Virus record (IMG/VR): IMGVR_UViG_3300013099_000018
Span: 1 to 64,000 of that record
Length of the DNA stretch: 64,000 nt
Strand: one strand, 5' to 3'
From: a virus
In this document: piece by piece, positions 55,781 through 64,000 of the stretch
Numbering within the stretch: position 1 is the stretch's first letter
How the letters are laid out: the number at the start of each line of letters is the position of its first letter
Notes under the pieces: model-generated
What the model was told of the DNA's origin: nothing
The model's database searches: none
Seen by the model: the letters and a program-made list of their open reading frames with translations, nothing else
Made by a program: the position numbers and the translations under genes

Positions 55781-56632
55781 ATGTGCGGTATAGGTGGAGT
55801 TTGGGGATTAGGTGATGTAAGACTGGACAAGAGAGATGCCAAGAGACTCATCGAGCTAGCAATCTATCTGCAATCGAGAGGCGATAAAGCCTTTGGCTTT
55901 TACAATGGTGAAAACGTGATAAAGTTCCCTTCCAGTGCTTCAGATGTCATCGAGATGATTGATAGGATAAGACCATTCAGTGAGCTTGTTGTAGGTAGAA
56001 ACATGTTCCTAATGCACACCAGAGAGCCAACCATTGGAGACCCATTGAAAAACAAAAACAACCATCCTTTCGAGCTTAAGGATATAGTATTTGCTCACAA
56101 TGGCATGCTTTACGAATATACATTGTTCAAGGACATAAGGAGTGGAAATTCTAAATTCGATTACGATTACGAATACATCGATACCTATGAAATACTTGGT
56201 AAAGTTGAAACGGATTTGCCTGAAACAGACTCATTCGAAATAGGAGTAGCAATTCAAGAAGAGTATAACAAATACAATGATTTCATCGAGGCTCTCGAAA
56301 GAGCCTTAAGCTACTTGATATATTTCGGGGACATGGCACTCTGGATATATTCAAAGAAAGATGACCTACTTGCTTTATTCAGATTTGAAAGACCATTGTT
56401 CTATGGTTTCAAAAACAGCAAGCTATGGTTTGCATCAGAAAGATGGATGCTCGAAGAAATCAGGGTCAAGAAAATCAAAGCTTTAAGAGACTGTGAACTC
56501 CTCGTTTATTCAAGAGACGGAGAAGAATACAATGACTTCATCGAGTTCAAGGTTAAAGGGAAATCACTAAACTGCGATTGCCATGTTGAGGAAGAATGGG
56601 ATATCTGGAGAGATTGGAGATTTTACCTCTAA
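55781..56632 (+). CDS. class II glutamine amidotransferase (mirror copy)
   Basis: Mirror of 47629..48480. Confidence 0.85.
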   Translation: MCGIGGVWGLGDVRLDKRDAKRLIELAIYLQSRGDKAFGFYNGENVIKFPSSASDVIEMIDRIRPFSELVVGRNMFLMHTREPTIGDPLKNKNNHPFELKDIVFAHNGMLYEYTLFKDIRSGNSKFDYDYEYIDTYEILGKVETDLPETDSFEIGVAIQEEYNKYNDFIEALERALSYLIYFGDMALWIYSKKDDLLALFRFERPLFYGFKNSKLWFASERWMLEEIRVKKIKALRDCELLVYSRDGEEYNDFIEFKVKGKSLNCDCHVEEEWDIWRDWRFYL

Positions 56633-56659
56633 TTTTTGGATTTAAGTGAGGTGATGGGT

Positions 56660-57667
56660 ATGCTCCTTTCGAGGTTGGAAGAAGCTTTAGAGGCTAAGTT
56701 TGAAAAAGAGGTTGTAATTGGTGCTGAGATGGAAATCTATCTCATCGACATCTATGAAGATAGATATGAACTACTAAATGAGAAAGACGTAATCGAGGAC
56801 ATTTACTCAGAGTTCGATGAAAGGGTTTACAAAGACTACTATGAGTACCAGCTTGAGATTAGAACTAATCCTTCTGAGGACTGGAAAGAAGTTGCTGATG
56901 AGCTAATCGAGCTAATGAAAGAGGTTTCGAGAGTTGCAAGAGAAAAAGAATGTATCATAGCTCCAGTTTCGTATATCAAAGGAGGAATGTTCTGCGGTTT
57001 CCATGTTCACGTTAGCTACAAGCCCGAAATGAGCTTTGGCAGAATGGTCGAGCATGCTTTAGCAATGTACCCATTTGTTCTCGATATTACAAGAATTACA
57101 TTGTCCGCTCCATTTAAGAGCGAAAGATACGGTGAAGTGTTAAGTCTTAGACAACTTGAAAGTCCTCACATCGGAACTCTACCGTTGCATTATGACAACT
57201 ATGAATACGAAGATTACTGGATATATGATGAAGAGGCTAACTTAAGTCATAGGTATCATGATATAATCATAAACACTAACCGTAAAGAGGGAAGGCATAG
57301 AATTAAGAGCGTTGATACCATCGAGATAAGAATGTTCGATTGCGTTGGTTACAAGAGTGCTATATATTGCATAATTGAATCAGTTTACAACATTGCTAAG
57401 TACGTCAATCCAGAGTGGTTCAATAGATATAGGCGTAATTACTCATTAATGTTAAGAATAAGAGACTTGATAAACAATTCAAGAATCATGCTCGTCAATC
57501 CTAACGATTGGATTAATCCTCTAACTCTAATAAGGTTGGATGAATTACTAACGTACCTCGATGTCGAGAATCGCATCGTTAGCCCTTGGGTATACTATGT
57601 CTACTGGGATTGCTATGACGTGGTACATCCAGAGACTCATGCCAAGTATAGGTATCCCATTGCATAA
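56660..57667 (+). CDS. carboxylate-amine ligase, GCS2-like (mirror copy)
   Basis: Mirror of 46594..47601. Confidence 0.75.
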   Translation: MLLSRLEEALEAKFEKEVVIGAEMEIYLIDIYEDRYELLNEKDVIEDIYSEFDERVYKDYYEYQLEIRTNPSEDWKEVADELIELMKEVSRVAREKECIIAPVSYIKGGMFCGFHVHVSYKPEMSFGRMVEHALAMYPFVLDITRITLSAPFKSERYGEVLSLRQLESPHIGTLPLHYDNYEYEDYWIYDEEANLSHRYHDIIINTNRKEGRHRIKSVDTIEIRMFDCVGYKSAIYCIIESVYNIAKYVNPEWFNRYRRNYSLMLRIRDLINNSRIMLVNPNDWINPLTLIRLDELLTYLDVENRIVSPWVYYVYWDCYDVVHPETHAKYRYPIA

Positions 57668-57875
57668 TTTTTTTATATTTAGTATTATTAAGTGCTACCG
57701 TTATAAAATAATCCTAGGGGAAATAATTTTCATGGTGTTACTCAATTAAAATTGTGGTTTGGGATTTCTTTTTTATCTCTGATTCGGATAATTCGAAATG
57801 TTGTTGCATTCGATGAATAGTTTAATTATAGGGTTCGTTTAATTGTCGAGATTTGAGGTAAAGCTAATATAGATA

Positions 57876-58163
57876 TTGTGGTATAGTTTGAATATTATTG
57901 ATGAAATACTGGATAGAGCTAAAAAATCTAAGGTGATTTATGAGATACTCAGTATCTCAAAAGAACAATATGATGAGTTGTTTAGGCAATATTCAGAGGA
58001 GTTTAAGCAAATAGTTAAGACTGGAAAGTTTGTTGAAGCTTCCGTTAAGTTACTGAGGTGGTTGGGATTCGATGAAAGTGAGATTGATTTGGATAAGTTG
58101 ATTAAGGGGGTAGTAGTGATGAAAGTATTGGTACATTATTTAAACAAAAGCAAAAAAAGCTAA
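57876..58163 (+). CDS. hypothetical protein (mirror copy)
   Basis: Mirror of 46098..46385. Confidence 0.45.
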   Translation: MWYSLNIIDEILDRAKKSKVIYEILSISKEQYDELFRQYSEEFKQIVKTGKFVEASVKLLRWLGFDESEIDLDKLIKGVVVMKVLVHYLNKSKKS

Positions 58164-58173
58164 AACGTAATAT

Positions 58174-58431
58174 TCAATAAAAGAATTCGTCATCGTTTAC
58201 TACTTTTTTTACTTCTACGAAATCCCATATTTTGATGTCGTTCATTATTCTTTCGAACTCCTCTTTTTCCCGAGGGTTTGTAAGGTCAAATGTTTTCTCA
58301 AAGCCTAATCTTCCAGCTTTTGCTTGAACTATTGCTTTGTTGTCGAATTTCTTAACTCTGTAGAGTTTGTACCTTGATGTTGCTACTGCTTCTAAGAAAG
58401 TATCCCATTCATCTATTATGTACACTACCAT
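58174..58431 (-). CDS. hypothetical protein (mirror copy)
   Basis: Mirror of 45830..46087. Confidence 0.55.
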   Translation of the reverse strand: MVVYIIDEWDTFLEAVATSRYKLYRVKKFDNKAIVQAKAGRLGFEKTFDLTNPREKEEFERIMNDIKIWDFVEVKKVVNDDEFFY

Positions 58432-58680
58432 ATTAAAGAATAGGTATAGTTTGCATTTTTAATAAACTTTATCAAGTGTAATTGAGAAAACTTTATAAGT
58501 CTGTGTCTTAGATGTCGTTTGAGATGTGCCGTGTGAGGGTGCACGGTGAACGGGGTCAAGGAGATGTAATCCCGAATCCGATGAGACCCAAGGATGAAGG
58601 ATGCGTTGATAGCATCCAGACACACCTTCTGGACATTCTCTTCCACAAATAAAGCATTTGTACTTTTTCATGATATTAAG

Positions 58681-59049
58681 TCAATCTAACTTAGTCATGT
58701 GTTCTATTGACAGAACTAACTGAGGGTCTTTTGTTCCATCTTCAAGTATATACTCGTATTCATAAGCATCCTTAAGCCATTTATACAATGCTGAGATGTA
58801 TAGTTGTTCACCTTCTCCAGTATCATACACGATTATGATTGACTTTACTCCTATATCCCTAAGAATGTTGATAATCCGTTTCGAGATTCCGAAACCTTTG
58901 AACTTTCTGAAGAAATGGTCATAGTGTCTCCTTCTCGTTACATAGACTAAGCCATTCTGAGATTTTTTGATAGTTCCAACTAACTTTTTACCAATGAAGA
59001 CTTCTACATTCTGTTTCAGAATTTTATTTCTTCTTAATTTGACCTTCAT
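58681..59049 (-). CDS. hypothetical protein (mirror copy)
   Basis: Mirror of 45212..45580. Confidence 0.55.
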   Translation of the reverse strand: MKVKLRRNKILKQNVEVFIGKKLVGTIKKSQNGLVYVTRRRHYDHFFRKFKGFGISKRIINILRDIGVKSIIIVYDTGEGEQLYISALYKWLKDAYEYEYILEDGTKDPQLVLSIEHMTKLD

Positions 59050-59279
59050 TCTCCATCTTCCTTCTTAATTCTTATGACAATGCAATCCTTGAGCAATTCG
59101 TATAGTTCTTTAGAGTCTCTTTCAAGTGCTTCTGGTAATACTCTGTAGAACTCCAAGGTATCCCCAAGCTCTATCTTGAAATTGTCAAGTACATTCTTAG
59201 GTATTGTTACAGATAAAGAATACTGTCCCTTTTTGTTCACCTTGCTTTTACCCAACTTAATACCTAAATCCTCTTTCAT
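59046..59279 (-). CDS. AbrB/SpoVT DNA-binding protein (mirror copy)
   Basis: Mirror of 44982..45215. Confidence 0.75.
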   Translation of the reverse strand: MKEDLGIKLGKSKVNKKGQYSLSVTIPKNVLDNFKIELGDTLEFYRVLPEALERDSKELYELLKDCIVIRIKKEDGE

Positions 59280-59556
59280 GCTATCACCACTATCTTATTA
59301 AAAATAGAAGGAATATATAACTTTCGTGCTTAGTGCAAATTAAAGAGTTAGGATTTCTATGAATTCCTCTTTAACAACTATAACATTTTTACCTCTGCAA
59401 TTGTTATACACTCTTCTTACGAGGTTTAGAGCTTGCATTATGTTATCTGCTCTAACCCTTGTAACCTTTGAAGTGTCGTCTACAATTATACAGACGTAAA
59501 CATTCTCTTTAGAGGTCATCATATCCATAAAAAATTTATAAGAAATGTTAAAAAAT

Positions 59557-60405
59557 TTAATCATTTTCTGATATGAGCTTTGCAAGGGTATTACTGTTTG
59601 ACTTAAACTTAGCTTTGTTTTTATGTCTCTTAGATTTTCTTGATTTATATTCTTCCTCTGCCTTTGCTACCATTTCATCGTAGTTGTCTGGAACTACTAT
59701 TACCTTGATACCTCTTTCTTCAAGCTTATCGTATTCTTCCTTTTTAGCTTTGTAATCACTCTCTTTGATTAGTATTTCGAAATGAGTTGGTCTAAATGCC
59801 ATAAAGATTCCTGAATGCTTTTTCATTTCATAACCTACCAAGGTGTTTTTGTTTTCAATGTATAGGTCTACTGCTTTCCTGTGAGCAAGATAGACTAATG
59901 TTTTACCTAACTCAAAATCTCTTGGTATTGATGGTACTGCTTTACTCACTCCAAGTTTTTCTGCCTCTATGGCAAAATCATGCGGTGTTGGATAGAATTT
60001 CTCTCCAACCCATAGCATAAATGCCTTCTCTGGTGGATGGCATACTGGACAATGAATATCACATGAACATGGCTCTGGGTGTCTTTTTATAGCAATTCTG
60101 CAATCTTTACACAACCATATATTTACGAATTTTCTTTCTGCAAATTCATTTGCTTTCTCCATCTGTTCTCCACATTGTGGACATGCTATGACCTCATCTC
60201 CACACTCTCTCAATAGTCTTCTTGGGTTTAGTCTGACCCACCCTCTTGTAAACTTGATTCCTTCACCGCATACTGGACATGCTGTCAGTGGAAATGGTAA
60301 TCTGTGGCATGGTACTGGTATCCCTTCTCCTCTAATGTATAGTTTCCCTACATGTCTATATCCACAACCTCTTCTTGGCTCTAACCCCCTCAAATACTCA
60401 ACCAT
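59557..60405 (-). CDS. Cys-rich multi-zinc-finger protein (mirror copy)
   Basis: Mirror of 43856..44704. Confidence 0.65.
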   Translation of the reverse strand: MVEYLRGLEPRRGCGYRHVGKLYIRGEGIPVPCHRLPFPLTACPVCGEGIKFTRGWVRLNPRRLLRECGDEVIACPQCGEQMEKANEFAERKFVNIWLCKDCRIAIKRHPEPCSCDIHCPVCHPPEKAFMLWVGEKFYPTPHDFAIEAEKLGVSKAVPSIPRDFELGKTLVYLAHRKAVDLYIENKNTLVGYEMKKHSGIFMAFRPTHFEILIKESDYKAKKEEYDKLEERGIKVIVVPDNYDEMVAKAEEEYKSRKSKRHKNKAKFKSNSNTLAKLISEND

Positions 60406-60530
60406 ATGTAATGTTATGTGTTTTATCTATATAAGACTTATGGTTATATTATAGTAAGTAGATAAGTTGTATATTTATAACCTCTTAGATTTAGTTAAGT
60501 TTATATAACAGTTCTTACAGAAATAAGAAC

Positions 60531-60872
60531 ATGTGGAAGGTGGAAAATGCAAAAAAGGCTTTTTTAGGAGAGTTCGAAAAGCCTTTCGTGTTAAAGATGA
60601 GAAACTACGAAGCTACAATAGACTTAGCAAGCGTTAAAGTTGCAGAAGAATACATAGATTCAAGAAAGGCAAGCGAATTAGCTGAAAGGTTTGGATTAAG
60701 CCTTGTAATGCTTAAGAACGGTGATAAGACTTGGTTCATATTTTCTCCAAAAGACATTAAAAGCTTGGGTGAAATTTCAACAAAATGCGATATATCTCTG
60801 AAACAATGGATTCGTAAGAACTTTGTTAAGTTTTTGATAATGCTAAACTACGTTTGTAATTCTTATAGATAA
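60531..60872 (+). CDS. hypothetical protein (mirror copy)
   Basis: Mirror of 43389..43730. Confidence 0.55.
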   Translation: MWKVENAKKAFLGEFEKPFVLKMRNYEATIDLASVKVAEEYIDSRKASELAERFGLSLVMLKNGDKTWFIFSPKDIKSLGEISTKCDISLKQWIRKNFVKFLIMLNYVCNSYR

Positions 60873-60884
60873 AGAGGTGATTGT

Positions 60885-61103
60885 ATGAAAGGATTTAGGC
60901 AAATTGTAAAAAGGGAAAAAGGTAAAGTTGAAAGAGTATTTATACATGAAGGTTGCGGTGGGAGGCTAATTTTAAGTGATGTCAACTATGACATAGCTTT
61001 TGGGGCATTAGGTGCAAGAAAACTAGTATTTACTGGTATAACATGTAAGTGTGAAAAATGCGGTATGGAAATCTACATATCAGCATATGATTTTGAAAGA
61101 TAA
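60885..61103 (+). CDS. zinc-ribbon protein (mirror copy)
   Basis: Mirror of 43158..43376. Confidence 0.55.
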   Translation: MKGFRQIVKREKGKVERVFIHEGCGGRLILSDVNYDIAFGALGARKLVFTGITCKCEKCGMEIYISAYDFER

Positions 61104-61128
61104 ACAATAGATGTACAAAGGTGATATC

Positions 61129-61503
61129 ATGGTTCTGGTTTATCCTTTTTTGAGGATTACGTTTAAACTCAAAGAACCGTTGGATTGCTTACTCAACAAA
61201 GGCAGAGTTTATACAATAAGACCATTTGCAGTAAGAGAAGGGATAAAAAGAGTAATTGATGGAAGAACTAACAAGGTTGTAGCGATAGCAAGCGTAACAA
61301 AAGTTGGTAGAGTTTATTTGAGCAGAATGGCAGTAAAAGTTCAAGACAAGTACATCTCACTGAGCAACTTTGTAGAGTTTAGCGGTTTCAACAGCTTGGA
61401 AGAATGGATTGTAGCGTTATACAAAGTAACTAATAATACGAAAGATGCTAAACTATACTTGTATGAGGTTGAGCTTTTGAAAAAAATAAAGAATAGAGAG
61501 TAG
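61129..61503 (+). CDS. ASCH-like protein (mirror copy)
   Basis: Mirror of 42758..43132. Confidence 0.5.
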   Translation: MVLVYPFLRITFKLKEPLDCLLNKGRVYTIRPFAVREGIKRVIDGRTNKVVAIASVTKVGRVYLSRMAVKVQDKYISLSNFVEFSGFNSLEEWIVALYKVTNNTKDAKLYLYEVELLKKIKNRE

Positions 61504-61505
61504 GT

Positions 61506-61886
61506 ATGGTAGATTTCATACACAAGTTGGCAGAGATTCATGGGATTAACCATATAGATTTCAAAGAAAAGAAAGATAAGTTTATACAAACACACATTAC
61601 TGATTTTATTTTAATTTCAAAAGAGAGGGAAGACTGGAAAAGATATTACGAGTCTAAGTCTAAATTAGCTAAACCACGTAAAATAAAGGTCAAGCGTAGA
61701 AGGTTTAAAATGCCAATTACGCATGGGTTCATTAGGTTGCATTTTGCTGTGCAAGACTACATAACTTCAAAAGCTTACAATGTCAATGTCGGTCTAAAAG
61801 AAATTGCAAATAAAAACAGAGTGAAAGTTATAACTTTAGTAAGTGCTATAAACGTGATTAAAAAAGTGGAAAATACTATAGTTTAA
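61506..61886 (+). CDS. hypothetical protein (mirror copy)
   Basis: Mirror of 42375..42755. Confidence 0.5.
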   Translation: MVDFIHKLAEIHGINHIDFKEKKDKFIQTHITDFILISKEREDWKRYYESKSKLAKPRKIKVKRRRFKMPITHGFIRLHFAVQDYITSKAYNVNVGLKEIANKNRVKVITLVSAINVIKKVENTIV

Positions 61887-62211
61887 ATTTATCAAAAATC
61901 GTTTTAATCCCTCTAGCTCTTGCAATACGCTTAATGTGTCTGTATTCTATTTTACATTCTTTTTTCCACCGCTCTAAATGTTCTTTTAGCAAATCAGGTA
62001 ACGGTTTTTCAGGAACTATTAATTTATCATGTTCTTCGAAACCTCTTTTATAGTTGTGGCAATGAATCCACCCGCAATCACCGTCCCAGCAAGGGTCTTC
62101 TGGAATAGGATATAACCATTGCCCCCATTGTCCCTTCAGTTTAGGACATAAGAGTATTGATGATGTGCTATTCCACATTTCTAAAAATTCTTCAACGCTA
62201 ACAACCTTCAT
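61876..62211 (-). CDS. hypothetical protein (mirror copy)
   Basis: Mirror of 42050..42385. Confidence 0.55.
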   Translation of the reverse strand: MKVVSVEEFLEMWNSTSSILLCPKLKGQWGQWLYPIPEDPCWDGDCGWIHCHNYKRGFEEHDKLIVPEKPLPDLLKEHLERWKKECKIEYRHIKRIARARGIKTIFDKFKL

Positions 62212-62498
62212 TTGGTCTCACCTACACATTTAACAGAGTATTTATTATCTCGAACTCGCAACCGCATAAACATATAAATGTTCGATTAGTCATCAGAATC
62301 AACCTTCTCAAGCTCTAGTACAAAAAACCTTCTACGCTCAAGTGGAGGTTTCTTCTGCTCCTCTTTTAAGTATTGTTTACAACGTTTTATTGCTTCATCT
62401 TTACTTAGAGTAGTATAATGAATTTTCATGAGTCCGAACAAATCCTCCATGATTACTGCATATAGTTTAACCATCAGAATCACCCTCTTCAACAATAA

Positions 62499-62798
62499 TT
62501 ATCCAAACTTTTTTAACAAGTATTCACAAAGTTTATTGCATTCAGTGAATGCTTCCTCTCTAAGAACTATCAAAGTGTGTCCTTTATGCTTAGCTATATC
62601 TTTTTCTACTTTGCTCTTTATTTTTTCCATTAACCTATCGTCATGCTCTGGTGCATTGAATCCAACAGCATATTTGACCAATTTCATGCAATCTAAACAA
62701 ATTGAGTATTCGTACCATCCACCTTCTTCAATCTCTTTATCAACAGCTATGCTAATCAACTCCTTTAACTTTGTTAGAAACTCAAACAGTTCTTTCAT
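62499..62798 (-). CDS. hypothetical protein (mirror copy)
   Basis: Mirror of 41463..41762. Confidence 0.55.
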   Translation of the reverse strand: MKELFEFLTKLKELISIAVDKEIEEGGWYEYSICLDCMKLVKYAVGFNAPEHDDRLMEKIKSKVEKDIAKHKGHTLIVLREEAFTECNKLCEYLLKKFG

Positions 62799-63004
62799 TT
62801 TCCACCCCCTAATAATTTAATTTTAGGCTCAAAATGAACACAGTATGGTTTTAACAAGCACCAGAACTGTTCAAGACAATCTTGACAATCTATAACACTA
62901 TCACATGCTGTTTTAAGTCCTTTCAAGCAACTAAATTTATAGAAATGCTTGCAATTACAGCAAATCTTACGTTCTTCATCTAATTTGGTATAGTCAACCA
63001 TCAT
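62795..63004 (-). CDS. small Cys-rich protein (mirror copy)
   Basis: Mirror of 41257..41466. Confidence 0.5.
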   Translation of the reverse strand: MMVDYTKLDEERKICCNCKHFYKFSCLKGLKTACDSVIDCQDCLEQFWCLLKPYCVHFEPKIKLLGGGK

Positions 63005-63232
63005 CAGAGAACCACCCTTAATTCGTTTCTATCTTTGTAATTTTAACCTCAAACATACTACATATTTTTTTAGATACATCGACCATGCTTTTTTTTATGC
63101 ATGCTTCACTACAATAAACAAAGAATGGTCTCAACTTTTCGCAATTAGTACATCTGTGGTTAATGCCAAATATTTGACATAAATAAAGTAATATTGTATT
63201 TATTTTAATTAACTCTCTTCTTTCGAACATTG

Positions 63233-63652
63233 CTAATCCCATCCTAATTGCTCTGCAATTTCTTTTGGAATATGTGTTAACTTAACAGCTTCGGATACCC
63301 ATAGCAACAACTTTTCAGTAGTGCTTTTATCGAACCCTCTTTCCCATGTACTATCTAAAATCGTGTAACCATCTATGCCAATGCCAGAAGTAACACCAAG
63401 TTGGTTTACAATACAAAGTGTCCACATTGCAAATCCCGCCACAACAGGGATTGTCGCTCTCATTTTTCTAAATTTGCGAATTTCCTTTAAGATGCGTTTC
63501 TTCCATCTGTCATCAATTAAATTAGAGTTTTTGTTAAGCCACTCTGTAAGTGATGCAATTAGTCTATCTTTTATCTCTGCTGGAAGATTCGGTATACTTG
63601 CTTTGTACATTGCTATATCTGTGTTGAAATCGACCAGACGTGCTTGTTTCAT
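63233..63652 (-). CDS. hypothetical protein (mirror copy)
   Basis: Mirror of 40609..41028. Confidence 0.6.
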   Translation of the reverse strand: MKQARLVDFNTDIAMYKASIPNLPAEIKDRLIASLTEWLNKNSNLIDDRWKKRILKEIRKFRKMRATIPVVAGFAMWTLCIVNQLGVTSGIGIDGYTILDSTWERGFDKSTTEKLLLWVSEAVKLTHIPKEIAEQLGWD

Positions 63653-63683
63653 CGTATCACCACTCCAATGATTTCATCTAAAA

Positions 63684-63896
63684 TTACTTTAGTTCTTTTT
63701 CCATTTCTTTTCTGAATTGTGCGATTGCATCCAATACTGCTTCTATCTTCTGCTTTCCCAGTTTGGTTTTTTCTTGGATATACAGAATAAGCATTTGTCT
63801 AATGAAACCTTGTGTTGGTATCCCTTCTAAAGCCCTAGAAATTCTCTCCATTTCCTCAATCAATTTCTCCCCAACTGTCTTACTTTCACCACCCAT
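63684..63896 (-). CDS. hypothetical protein (mirror copy)
   Basis: Mirror of 40365..40577. Confidence 0.5.
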   Translation of the reverse strand: MGGESKTVGEKLIEEMERISRALEGIPTQGFIRQMLILYIQEKTKLGKQKIEAVLDAIAQFRKEMEKELK

Positions 63897-64000
63897 ATAT
63901 AAAACTCTGAGAATTGCATATATAAGACTTGCGATACTACTTAAAAGGTAATTAAACCTAATCTCTATACAAAATTTACTATAAATAATGTTGAATTCAA

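Larger units (their letters stand above)
40261..64000. repeat. giant spacerless inverted repeat: arms 40261-52130 and 52131-64000, probably extending beyond the window
   Basis: Centre ...ATTATTACAC|GTGTAATAAT...; mirrored ORFs have coordinates summing to 104261 and identical translations. Confidence 0.97.

Noticed and set aside
52131-64000. Right arm as a real duplication of about 25 genes
   Set aside because: Zero spacer and identical translations fit read-through of a hairpin, a replication junction or an artefact better than a stable duplication.
1-64000. tRNA, rRNA, integrase or att sites
   Set aside because: None recognised by eye; tRNAscan-SE and Infernal were not run.

Overview
The window appears to be about 52 kb of an archaeal filamentous or rod-shaped virus genome (realm Adnaviria, Tokiviricetes-like), followed by a mirror image of its last ~11.9 kb. 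Evidence for the assignment: a SIRV2-type major capsid protein (MCP, 29640-30008) plus three MCP-fold paralogues, three GT4 glycosyltransferases, an Hjc Holliday junction resolvase, an AcrIII-1 (DUF1874) ring nuclease, a Cas4-like nuclease, RHH, AbrB and zinc-finger regulators, archaeal TATA boxes and GGTGA Shine-Dalgarno (SD) sites. 1-30 kb is a minus-strand structural and glycosylation region. It carries four inteins, all in non-replication genes, and a solo TnpB element. 30-46 kb holds small regulatory and anti-defence genes and a thymidylate synthase-fold enzyme with the dCMP-type Asp. 46-52 kb holds two carboxylate-amine ligases, a class II glutamine amidotransferase and periodic subterminal repeats. 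A spacerless palindrome centred at 52130/52131 (40261-52130 mirrored at 52131-64000) most likely reflects a covalently closed hairpin end or a head-to-head junction, although an assembly artefact is possible. The most striking feature is a glycosyltransferase intein (4335-5390) whose LAGLIDADG endonuclease is not part of the intein polypeptide. It is overprinted in the +1 frame, apparently with its own embedded TATA promoter, while the intein frame stays open across it. All calls come from reading motifs by eye; no searches were run.
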